A stretch of 64,000 bases of DNA from the human T2T-CHM13v2.0 reference genome, Homo sapiens. The position numbers and the translations under genes are program-made. Where the stretch lies: the NCBI RefSeq assembly GCF_009914755.1, contig NC_060931.1. One strand, 5' to 3'. The notes beneath the pieces were generated by a model. That model did no database searches and had not been told where the DNA came from. It was given only the letters and a program-made list of their open reading frames with translations. Position 1 is the first letter of the stretch. The number at the start of each line of letters is the position of its first letter. Below are positions 12,722-22,789 of the stretch, piece by piece.

Positions 12722-14777
12722 CTGTGGAGTACGGGAAAACGCAGGCTCAACATACGTGTTTTATTTCCCTAACATGCTGATCTGTCAGTAACACAGGATG
12801 TATCTAGAAGCAACTACAAAGCCAATGTGACCAGGCCAGGCAATGTACCCATATCCTGAGCACCCACCCTCTCTTCACCCCACTCCTTCCCCTGACCCCC
12901 TCTTCACAGCTCTTGAAGAAACCAGAACCCACTCGGGAGAGAAGCAAGCAAAGGCATGAGGATTAGCTGAGGGGAAAGGAAAAAGAAATGGAAGAAACAT
13001 GTCTAGAAAGGCCGGTGACAGAACCCAGGATACAAAACCTGGGTGTGGGCCCATGCCTTAGCACTAGGAAAAGTCCCACACCACAGGGTTATTGCAAGGC
13101 TAAAATGACATAACGCATGCTTTCAAGGCACCTGGTAAACTGTAGAATGCTGTGCAACTCTGAGGCACTGCAATTATTACTGCAGGAAGCTAGGAAGCTC
13201 AGCATCCTCTGCTCAGGAGAGGGGCAATGGCTAAGAAGTCATCTACCCAACTGGGAACCTTTCCAAGAACACAAACAGGTAAACGCTTCATGTCCCATCC
13301 ACATACACACCAGTGCACAGTCACGCTCTCCCTAACACACACACGCCCTCCCTAACACACGCATGCCCTCCCAGGCTTCTAGCCTCAAAGACACCCCACG
13401 AGCGCACACCCACATGGGGAGAGGCCTGGGCAGCATGGCCGAGATAAGAGCAAGGGAAGTGGCAGGAGGAAGAAGAGGTAGCCTACGGCAGAGGGCGTCT
13501 CTCTTACTGACGGTGACCAAGGGTCTAGCTTCTGCCCATGCAGAGTTTCTGGTCATGAGTAAGAGGCTTGTCTGACTTTACCTCAATCAGGATTCCCAGA
13601 GCAACATCAACTATCTCAGCCTCATTCATGCAGTACACAGTCCTTGTCGCAGGGAGTCTGAAAAAAAGACATGCAAGGCACAGATGACACAGACTCTCAA
13701 GTCTCATAAGGGCAAAGAGAACAGGAGAAGCAGGGCCTCTTCCCCCTGCCTTCCTACCACGCAGGAGGTACCAGCACCTCTGAGCTGAGGAGCTTTCTGA
13801 CACGGACACAATTTCCTCAGCCTTGCAGCCCAGTGACTGGCACAGGGCTTCATGGAGGCAACACCGGGGTGCCTCCCACCCTCCACCAACTGCCCTACAA
13901 GGATCTGGAAGTAGGGAAGGATGGCCGCCTCTGAAACACACACATGGATGCAAGAGGAAGGGAACCTCGGGCTGAGGCTGTACTGAGAGGAACCTGAAAG
14001 CAGGACCAGACTTAGGGAAAGACGGCAGCAGTCACAAGGGAAGGCTGTCAGTCAGGAAACCTTAGAGGAGGAGGAGCCAGAGAGGGAAACACCGAGTGCT
14101 GGGGCCCCGCCCACTTCACAGTGCAGCCTGGAGACTCACCACCCCCCCCCGCCCCCCCCCCCCCCCGGCAATTACCGTCATTCAACTAACTCACTCCCCA
14201 GCTCCTTAGCTCTTGCTGGCCCTGCAGCTGCTGCTCATCTGTCCATCCCTAAAGGTCTGTCCACAGGGGCAGGCACCACTCAGAACAGACCCTTCCACTG
14301 ATCTTGCCCATCTGATGTTACCATGTTTGTTGTGAAGGAAGAGACTGGCATTCTGGACAACTGGCATCAGAGACTGGCTGACATGGAGAACCCACTCTGT
14401 GTGTGCTGAGGGCAGGGCACTCACCAGTGCAGAGGCAGAAGTGGGTGCCTGTCCTCGAGGGTTAACCCGCTTTGCCTCCCGCCCACAGCCCCTCCACCTT
14501 CTAAAAGCTCAAGAGATGATCAGACTGAAACACCCGCCCATCTTGCTGTTCTGCCTAGGCTGGAAGACCTGGCCCAGGTCATGGAGGCCCCTGCTCCACT
14601 TGCCAGATTCGCAGGAGTCTTCTGACCAGAGCTGTCGCACCTTGCTGCTGCCACTGGCACTGCTGCCATTCTCATCCTCTTGGGGGCCTTCATTGGTGCC
14701 ACATTCTTTGTAGCCACCTGGGCTGTCAGCCATGAGGGAAGGACCCTCGTTTTAGTCTCGGATTGTAAGGTTTCCAT
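12461..14777 (-). CDS. CYREN: CYREN/MRI (cell cycle regulator of NHEJ, C7orf49), 157-aa isoform; exons 14777-14641, 13657-13582, 12721-12461
   Basis: Exons join in frame through GT-AG introns (137+76+261 nt = 157 aa + stop). N-terminal Ku-binding motif RVLPSW; C-terminal XLF-like motif VLKYVREIFFS. Confidence 0.95.
13582..13657 (-). CDS. CYREN: CYREN middle coding exon (LPATRTVYCMNEAEIVDVALGILIE)
   Basis: Acceptor TTTTTTTCAG|A, donor GAG|GTAAAG, 76 nt. Confidence 0.93.
13622..14777 (-). CDS. CYREN: CYREN short isoform (MRI-2, 69 aa); exons 14777-14604 and 13657-13622
   Basis: Extending to donor CTG|GCAAGT at 14604 gives 58 codons; the shared acceptor then reads TPCDKDCVLHE-TGA, total 69 aa, matching the recalled MRI-2 length and C-terminus. 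Confidence 0.8.
14142..14166 (-). repeat. Poly-G tract (G15-C-G9 on the CYREN sense strand)
   Basis: C9-G-C15 on the + strand. Confidence 0.9.
14641..14777 (-). CDS. CYREN: CYREN first coding exon (METLQSETKTRVLPSW...AAAR)
   Basis: ATG in GAGATGG context; donor AAG|GTGCGA at 14641. Exon probably begins at 14915 (TTCTTTGTAG acceptor). Confidence 0.93.
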
Positions 14778-15999
14778 CTCTGTACCTTCTCACAAAGAAG
14801 AGTCAGGGCCCAAGCTTAATGACCTGTTTTTTAATTCAGGAAGGTAAATCTCGTTCTCTCGTCACACCCGGAATTACAGGTCCATTTGTCCTCAGTGGGA
14901 GTTGATCTTTGATTCCTACAAAGAACAATAAAGTCCGGTGAATTCCCATACCTCCAGTCATCAGGCACAGTTACTGGTCGGTGCAGGGCAGGCCAGAAGT
15001 GACCAAGGCCCAAGAGACTCAGACGGCCATTCACAGGCATCAGGCAGGTGTGATTGTGGGCAGGACAGCAGCTCAGGAGAGAGCCCTCTGACCTCCCCAA
15101 AGCTGGTGCCCCCTACAGGCAGCCAAAGCCAACCAGAGATACCTCCTGCAGCCTCTGTGCTGACTGACTCAGCACAGGAGGAACGGAAGGAGGCGGAGGC
15201 CCCTAATGTTCCTTCTCATTACCACCCCAAATGCCACTGTCCTCTGGGTGCCCAGCCCATTCAATCCCTAAAATACCTCTTAATGGCCTCTCCCTCATCT
15301 GGCCAACTCGATTTCTCTACTCTTCTATGGTGGCTCAGTTAAATGAAACTGAGGGCATTTTATTTCACAATAAAGTCTCATTGGCCAACACGCCGCCCTT
15401 AAGCTAAAGATACTTCTGATTGGTCAAACTTGAAGCAGCAATAGGGGCCCGGAGGCATTAACTGTGCCAGTCTGTAGATTCTGAAGCCCACGCCAGCCTC
15501 TGATCTAGTTTGGCCTCTCTTTTCCCTATCCCAATTGTTCTGCCTCCACTCAGCAGTCCTGGAGCTCAGTCCTCACCCAGAGAGATGGAGTTGTGACTCA
15601 GAGGGCCTAGGTCTCTACCTTCCACTTAGGAATCAAGCCAGAAGCTCCTGAAGCGGAGGTTTGCCCCAAAAAAAGAGTAGTCAGCGATAGTCCTCTCTGA
15701 ATCATAATTTGATAATGCATTGCTCATCCAGATGGCTGTTTACAATTTAAGAAAAAATATTACCAGGCCCTCCTCCTAACCTGCCCGGCCATGGGGCACA
15801 CCTTTGCCAATGCACCTTCATTTCTGTCAAAACTCAGTGATATTAGTGACTCCTACCCCCTAAGGCGCCTCCCAAGCGCAATGCTGCAGTCTGTGCGGAC
15901 AAATTTAGTTCACCCTGGGGTGCCTATTAAGTACATTTCGCAAACGAGGAACTGAGACTTAGTTAACTTGCAGAAGATCACAGAAAAGTTTGAAATCAG

Positions 16000-16960
16000 C
16001 TGGTTGGATTCGCAGCCAGGTCCTGCAGACTCCAGACCCCGCGCCTCCCCGCCCTACTTCTGGGCCCCAAGAGCAGGCCGCAGCAACTTCCAGAAGCCGG
16101 GTCTCTGGGGCACCGCGCTCGCGGACCGACCTCAGTCCCATCCCAGCCGCTCCCTGCCTGGGCAGAATGGGGGCCCCGCGGGAACGCGATGTGCTGCCAG
16201 TTCACAGCCCGCCCTCCCTCTGCGGGCCGGTACCCGCCGCTGGCGGCGCCGACCTGTGGGAGGCCCAGAGGGCGGGTGAGTGCGGAGCGGAAGGCGCGGG
16301 CGAAGCACCGCAGGGGCCTCGCTGACCCCGCCACACGCCGGGCAGGGCTGCAACGGCTCCTTCCGACTGGAGCGGCCGCGCGCTCCTCCGGCCGGCTACT
16401 GGCTTCCCTGCTCTCAGGTTCCCGTCTCCGGCTCTCGTGCCCCTTCTTAGCTTCCAGAGCGGAGCCGGGAGGCAAATTCCAAGCGGTTGTGGGACCCACG
16501 CCTCACCCGGAACTTTAAGCCCTGCCGTCTCGCCTGGCGCCCAAACTCTGCGGACCTCCACTGGCCGCCCGCCTCTTCCGGCCCCGCGCGCTCCAGGGTC
16601 CCGCGGGCTCCCGGCCTCGGGACACTTCCGGTCTTGGGGAACTCCCGGACCCCTCGCAGTCCCGGCGCCCGGGACACTTCCGGCTCCCGGCAGCTGCCTC
16701 AGTCGGAGGTCCGCGGGCGCCCCATGCTGGCAGTGCTAATGCCGCCGGCTGGCATCCGGTTGGCTGCGCGCTGGGAACGCCAGCGAGGCAGCGCCACCGG
16801 CTTGAGGAGGGTGAAAGTTCAATTCTTGGCCCCTGAAGTTAGCGGAAGGGAACGGGCATGTTTTGGAAAGGCCCGCCGGGAATTCCCTCAGAAACCAGGC
16901 GAAGCTCCCTGCTGGGCCAGGCCCCCCTCGTGTGCTTGAGGAGGATGGGAGCCCGGCCTC
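16000..16960. promoter_or_regulatory. CYREN: CpG island / CYREN promoter and first non-coding exon
   Basis: Dense CpG and high GC; ETS/GABP motif CACTTCCGG twice (GGGACACTTCCGG at 16619 and 16671); - strand donor CGG|GTGAGG at 16507. Confidence 0.85.
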
Positions 16961-16975
16961 GGTTTGTTATCCTAA

Positions 16976-17117
16976 TTAAGTGGAAAATTAAGAAAATAAT
17001 AGAATAGCGTAAGTACTAATAGTAAAATTATAGTAAGAGAAATAACAATAGCTAGAATGGAATGAATTGCTGTATTAACCAAGGCTAGAAAGAATTTCAG
17101 CCCTCCGAAAGTTAAAG
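16976..17117 (+). mobile_element. Truncated 5' LTR stub homologous to the start of the 3' LTR at 27329
   Basis: AAGTGGAAAATTAA...TAATAGTAAAATTATAGTAA...GAATGAATTGCTGTA..AACCAAGGCTA shared with 27329-27470. Confidence 0.85.
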
Positions 17118-17593
17118 CGAGGGAAGAGAGAGACCCTCTCATATTGTTTTATACTCAGTACCTGTTTTTTTTTTTTTTTTTAAAAAAAGGAAGTGAAATC
17201 AAAGACAGGCAGCCCAGCGCCAGGCCCAAAACTGGACCTGGGCCTGCCTGGCCTAAACCTAGTAGTTAAAAATCAACTCATGACTTAGAAACCGATGTTA
17301 TTCATAGATTCCAGACATTCTATAGAAGAACATTGTGAAACTCCCTGCCCTGTTCTGTTTCTCTCTGACCATCGGTGCATGCAGCCCCTGTCACGTACCC
17401 CTTGCTTGCTCAAATCAATCACGACCCTTTCATGTGAAATTTTAGTGTTGTGAGCTCTTAAAAGCGACAGAAATTGTGCACTCGGGGAGCTCGGATTTTA
17501 AGGCAGTAGCTTGCCAATGCTCCCAGCTGAATAAAGCCCTTTCTTCTACAGCTCCGTGTCTGAGAGGTTTTGTCTGTGGCTTGTCCTGCTACA
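17118..17593 (+). mobile_element. LTR2-family (LTR2B-like) LTR of HERV-E/Harlequin
   Basis: Starts (C)GAGGGAAGAGAGAGACCCTCTC, AATAAA at 17530, ends CCTGCTACA; followed by a tRNA-Glu PBS. Confidence 0.8.
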
Positions 17594-17598
17594 GTCCT

Positions 17599-17616
17599 TG
17601 GTTCCCTGACCAGGAA
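17599..17616 (+). other. Retroviral primer-binding site, tRNA-Glu type
   Basis: TGGTTCCCTGACCAGGAA, one mismatch to the complement of the tRNA-Glu 3' end (TGGTTCCCTGACCGGGAA). Confidence 0.85.
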
Positions 17617-17824
17617 GCGAGGTGACTGACAAGCCCTGTGGAGCGTCCCTGCAGAGGACTCCGGCCAGCCTGAGTGACGCAATCCAAAGAGCGCTCCCGG
17701 GTAGGAAATGGCCCCGGTGGAATGCCTTGCCAGAGCAGCGCATAGCAGGCTCCCGAGAAGGATTAACACTGGCTGAACACCGGGAAGGAACTGGCACTTG
17801 AAGTCCAGACATCTGAAGCTTGTC

Positions 17825-18155
17825 AAGACTAGTTTTTGGAACTTGCCCCACTCCATGTGAGTGGAAGCATGGCCTGATCACCCACGGTGTGCCTGTATTG
17901 ACATCTTTGTTCTGGTTTTGACTTGGCTTGACTTGGTAAGACTAGTCTTTGGAACTTGCCCCACTCCACGTGAGTGGAAGCGTGGCCTGATCACCCACGG
18001 TGTGCCTGTATTGGCACTTTTGTTCTGGTTTTGACTTGGCTTGACTTGGTAAGACTAGTCTTTGGAACTTGCCCCACTCCATCTGAGTGGAAACGTGGCC
18101 TGATCACCCACAGCATGCCTGCATGGGCACTCTTGTTCTGGTTTTGACTTGACTT
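17825..18155 (+). repeat. Three copies of a 113-bp tandem repeat in the ERV leader
   Basis: AAGACTAGT(T/C)TTTGGAACTTGCCCCACTCCA starts at 17825, 17938 and 18051. Confidence 0.92.
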
Positions 18156-18348
18156 GAATTGCTGGATACTTTGGTTTTGGTTTTGACTTGGCTTGAATTT
18201 TTTGGTACTCGGATTTTGAATTTCGTGATTTTGGTTTGGTATAAACGGTAAAAGTGTGTGTGCCCTCTTTACCTGTTCTTTGTCTTGTGGTATGTGTGGT
18301 GTGAGCGTGGTATTTTGTCTGGAAAAAAAAAAAAAAAAAAAAAAAAAC

Positions 18349-18618
18349 ATGGGTCAGGTGCAAAGTAAGCCCACCCCACTGGGACCTATGTTAAAAAAAT
18401 TTTTTTTCAAGAGAGAATTTAAAGGAGATTACGGTGTTAGTATGACACCAGGAAAACTTAGAACTTTGTGTGAAATAGACTGGCTAGCATTAGAGGTAGG
18501 TTGGCCACCAGAAGGAAGCCTGGACAGGTCCCTTGTTTCAAAGGTATGGCACAAGGTAACCTGTAAGCCAAAGCACCCAGACCGGTTTCTGTACATAGAC
18601 AGTTACAGCTGGTTTTAG
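18349..18618 (+). pseudogene. HERV-E-like gag matrix fragment (89 codons)
   Basis: MGQVQSKPTPLG...LRTLCEIDW..LEVGWPPEGSLD, gammaretroviral MA with MGxxxS myristoylation motif. Confidence 0.8.
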
Positions 18619-19739
18619 ACCCCCTTTCCCCCACCACAGTAGTTAAGAGAACAGCAGCATAAGCGGCTGGCAGAGCCAAGGAACGACCAGAAAAGAGAAA
18701 AAGAGGCCATCTGTACCAATTCTAAGAGTTTAGACTAAACAAGTTCTTATTAATAGCAAAGGATAATTGAAATCTCAAACTTACAAGGTTTTCAACAAAA
18801 GTGAAGTTTGCTAAAAGTTAACAGTGTAACATGTATTTTGGTAACTTCTAATCTTGTGGCCTTAGACAGTCTAGTCCAAAGACATAAAGAAAGTTAGCTT
18901 TTTTAAAAAGGAAAGAAAAGGGGGGAGGCAGAATTTATATTAAAAAAAAGTTATATGGTAAATTCTTGTCCTGAAATAAATTAACTGGTTGTTTAAAGAA
19001 AAAAAAGTTTGTTAATCAGTCAAAAAATTGAGACATGTTAAAAAATTGTCTGGGAAAGTCGTGAGAAAAAAATTATAAAAAAAAATTTTTATGCAAAAAA
19101 TATTGTATAATTTAAAAGTAATGAGGCCTCCTGAGTACTATTTAAAAAAAAAAAAACCAGTTCATGTGCAAGATGTATAAGAAAAGTAAAATATACCTTT
19201 GGTAAAAAAAAAAAATTATAAAGGGGCATAAACGTGGATTTTTACCTACATTAAAAGGTTAAAAAAATTATTGTTTTAAAAGTTTAAGCAAGCTTTAAAA
19301 CGTTAATTATAAAAAAAATTCTGTGTGTAAACATATTAGCTAAGGTTAAAAAGGTATCATCCAGTTTTTCTGTGAACTGGACATTAAAGTAAAAATGCAA
19401 GAGGTTTTTCTTAAAGCATCAACCTGCTCTTTAACAAAAATTATAAAAGGTTAAAAAGAGTCTATAAAATCTTACCTTATGGTCAAACATAAAAAATTGG
19501 ATAAATATGTCTACAAGGTTTTATTAAAATTAAGTTTAACATTAATAACACACTAATATAAAGGTAAAATTTAGCTTATCTGGTATAAAAGTCATACAGG
19601 AAGCATTAGTAAATATAAAATAGTGTTTAGCTTTCTTTTGTCTAAAAACTAATAAAAATTGGTGCTAAAGGAAGCATTCATTTTACTAGAGGATCATAAA
19701 AGTTAAAGACTTAAAACAAACTTTGGCAATTAAGACAGC

Positions 19740-20490
19740 ATACCAAGATGCAAATGCCTGGTTGAAATGGATCAAATATTCCATCTGCAGGTTAAACAAA
19801 AGCAATTAGCATGCTTGTGCACATGGCAGGCCAGAGGCCCTGATTGTCCCCCTTCCACTAAGGTGGTCCTCCAGTCGGCCAGGCATGGGCTGCATGGTAG
19901 CTCTTTTCCAGGATTCTATAGCCTGGAGTAATAAGTCATGCCAAGCTCTCTCTGCTATATCCCAAAGTCCCTGCAGGTCAGCCCCCGAGGGCCATCCAGC
20001 TTCCATCTCCCAACACTAAGTTCACTACGTGTCTCTCATGGCAGGGAGGAGACTTAGCATTCCTTGGAGACCTGAAGGGATGCAGTGAGCTTAAGAATTT
20101 TCAAGAGCTTATCAATCAGTCAGCCCTTGTTCATCCCAAAGCGGATGTGTGGTGGTATTGTGGTAGACCTTTATTGGGGACTCTGCCGAGTAACTAGAGT
20201 GGCACTTGTGCTTTAGTCCATTTGGCTATCCCTTTCACCCTGACATTTCATCAACAAGAGGAAAAAATAATAATAAGAAGAAGACATCATAAAGCGAGAA
20301 AAGCTCCTTATAGGTCTTTCAACTCTCACATCTATTTAGATGCAATTGAAGCCCCGCAAGGAGTCCGAGATCAATTTAAAGCTTGAAATCAAATAGTTAC
20401 AGGATTTAAGTCAATATTTTGGTAGATGACAGTCAATAAAAATGTAGATTAGATAAACTACATCTATTACAACCAACAGCAACGAGCTTT
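19740..20490 (+). pseudogene. HERV-I-like env fragments within the Harlequin-like mosaic
   Basis: Fragments translate to DANAWLKWIKYSI, ADVWWYCG and GFKSIFW*MTVNKNVD*INYIYYNQQ. Confidence 0.6.
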
Positions 20491-20513
20491 TCATGAGTTA
20501 AAAAGAAAAACTC

Positions 20514-21020
20514 ATGTCGGCCCCAGCCCTGAGGCTACCTGACCTGACAAAACTCTTTACGCTCTATGTGTCAGAAACAAAAAAAATGGCAGTTAGAGTT
20601 TTAACCCAGACTGTAGGGCCCTGGCCAAGGCCAGTGGCCTATCTCTCAAAACAACTAGATGGGGTTTCCAAAGGCTGGCCCCCATGTCCAAGGGCCCTGG
20701 TAGCAACGGCCCTGTCACAAGAAGCAGATAAGCTAACTCTTACACAAAACCTAAACATAAACTCCCCCCATGCTGTGGTGATTTTAATAAATACCAAAGG
20801 ACACCATGCTAGATGAATGCTAGACTAACTAGATGCCAAAGCTAGCTCTGTGAAAATCCCCACATAACCATTGACGTTTGCACACCCTAAACCCTGCCAC
20901 CTTCCTCCTGGTATCAGAGAGCCCAGTTAACCATAACTGGACTCAGTTTATTCTAGTAGGCCCAACCACCGAGACCACCCTTAAACATCAGTAGGCTGGG
21001 AGCTGTACATGGATGGGAGC
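20514..21020 (+). pseudogene. HERV-E-like pol connection/RNase H fragment
   Basis: MSAPALRLPDLTKLFTLYVSE...RPVAYLSKQLDGVSKGWPPC; YMDGSSF near 21005. Confidence 0.75.
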
Positions 21021-21113
21021 AGCTTCGCCAACCCCTGCAAAGTGACTCTGAAGAAGACGACAAGCCCTGCTCCAGTCACACCTGGAAGCTGACTGGTCCA
21101 CGCACGGCTGAAA

Positions 21114-21820
21114 CATGAGGAAACTCATCACAGACTCATTTTCCTTAAAATTTGGACTTGAACGGTAAGGACTTCAACTGACCTTCCTCAGACTGAGAAC
21201 TGTTTCCAGTATATACATCAAGTCACTAAGGTAGGACAAAAGATTGCTACAGTCCTATTATTTTATGGTTATTATAAGTGTACCAGGACTCTAAAAGAAA
21301 CTTGTTTGTATAATGCTATTCTATCCAAGGTATGTAGCCCAGGAAATAACCAACCTGATGCGCGTTATGACCCATTTTAAGCCTCCCATGATCACAGTTT
21401 TTAAAATAAAATTAAGGACTGGTCCTTTTCTAGGTGACACAAGTAAGGTAATAGCTAGAACAGAAGAAAGAGGGGTCCCCAAAAATGTAACCTTAAAATT
21501 TGATGCTTGTGCCGCTATTAATAGTAAACAGCATGGGATAGAATGCGGTTCTCTAGATTGAGAAAAAAGTTACACAGCAGAAAATAAGTACATCTGTCAA
21601 AAATCATATTTATGTGAGATGTGTCAGTACTGGTCTTGTGTCATTTAGGCTACTTGGAAAGAAGATAAAAAAAATATCCTGTTTGGCTCCAAAAAGGAAA
21701 GGCAGCCCCTCCTGCACGAGTGGGAGCTGTGATCCTTTAGAATTGATAATCACAAACCCCTCAGACTCAAAGTGGAATAAAGGAAAATATGTAACATTAG
21801 GCATTGACAGAAGAAGACTG
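21114..21820 (+). pseudogene. HERV-E-like env SU 5' fragment
   Basis: VPKNVTLKFDACAAINS, SCTSGSCDPLELIITNP, KGKYVTLGID; frameshifted. Confidence 0.7.
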
Positions 21821-22775
21821 ACCTCCTAAACTGGAAACAGCTTACACCCTCCTACACGGAGAAGCCCCAGGCCCTCATAGACTTCAGGCAGTCCATCTTT
21901 CTGACTCATAACCCTACCTGGCCTGATTGTCAGTAGCTACTTTTAATATTGTTCAATACAGAAAAGCGCAGGAGAATTACTCAGGCAGCCTTACAGTGGT
22001 TAGAAAGCAATGCGCCTGAAGGCACAAATGATGTTAAGCGGTAGGCACAGAAGAGGTTCCCAGAAGCAGATCCAAATTGGGATCCAAACCAGGCAGGAGA
22101 ATTGCAAAACCTGCATAGGTATCGGGAGGCACCCCTTAATGGAATAAAGGCCAGAAGGAAAAAGGCAGCGAATTTGGGAGAGGTCTCAGAGGTATGCCAA
22201 AAGGTTGATTAGAGTCCCAGTGAATTTTATGAAACACTCTGTGAAGCATACCGGCTTTATACATCGTTTGATCTGGAGGATGTAGGGAATCAATGCATGG
22301 TTAACGTGGCATTTATGGGCCAGGCACAAGGTGACATTAGACAGAAGCTTCAGAAGTTGGAAGGTTTTGAGGCTATGAATATTACCCAGCTCATTCAAGT
22401 AGCTACTAAGGTGTTTGTTAATCCAGAGGAGGAAGCCAAGAAAGAGGCAAAGCACAAAGCCAAGGAAAAGGCTGATTTGTTGGCTGCTGCTCTGGTTGAG
22501 AGACTGGTTTTGTGAGAGGACGCGGACTTGGTCGTGGTCACAGTAGAGGACAAGCTAGGCCAGGGTTTGAAGGCCAGCCTAGGCTTGAGAGGGATCAGTG
22601 TGCAAGAATGCAAACAGAAAGGGCATTGGAAGGTTGAATGTCCAGAAAGAGAAAAGGAAGAAAGTAGCAGCCAGGGACCTGATGCCCGCCCAAGGCCTGC
22701 AGCCACTAGCCGTTGTTCTAAAGCTGGATGCCGATCTGGTCAGCTTAGCAGGAGTTGAGGAATATAAGGACTGAG
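21820..22775 (+). pseudogene. ERV3-like gag capsid-nucleocapsid remnant
   Basis: DLLNWKQLTPSYTEKPQALID capsid motif, AFMGQAQGDIRQKLQKLEGF, and a frameshifted Cx2Cx4Hx4C knuckle (CKQKGHWKVEC) at ~22600-22641. Confidence 0.8.
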
Positions 22776-22789
22776 ACAGACTGGGCTCC

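Noticed and set aside
15959-16939. Many overlapping 100-170 aa ORFs on both strands
   Set aside because: Expected stop-codon depletion in a CpG island; low-complexity Arg/Pro/Gly/Ala text with no recognisable domain
17825-18155. Regularly spaced repeats resembling a CRISPR array
   Set aside because: Whole 113-bp units are repeated with no unique spacers; eukaryotic ERV context
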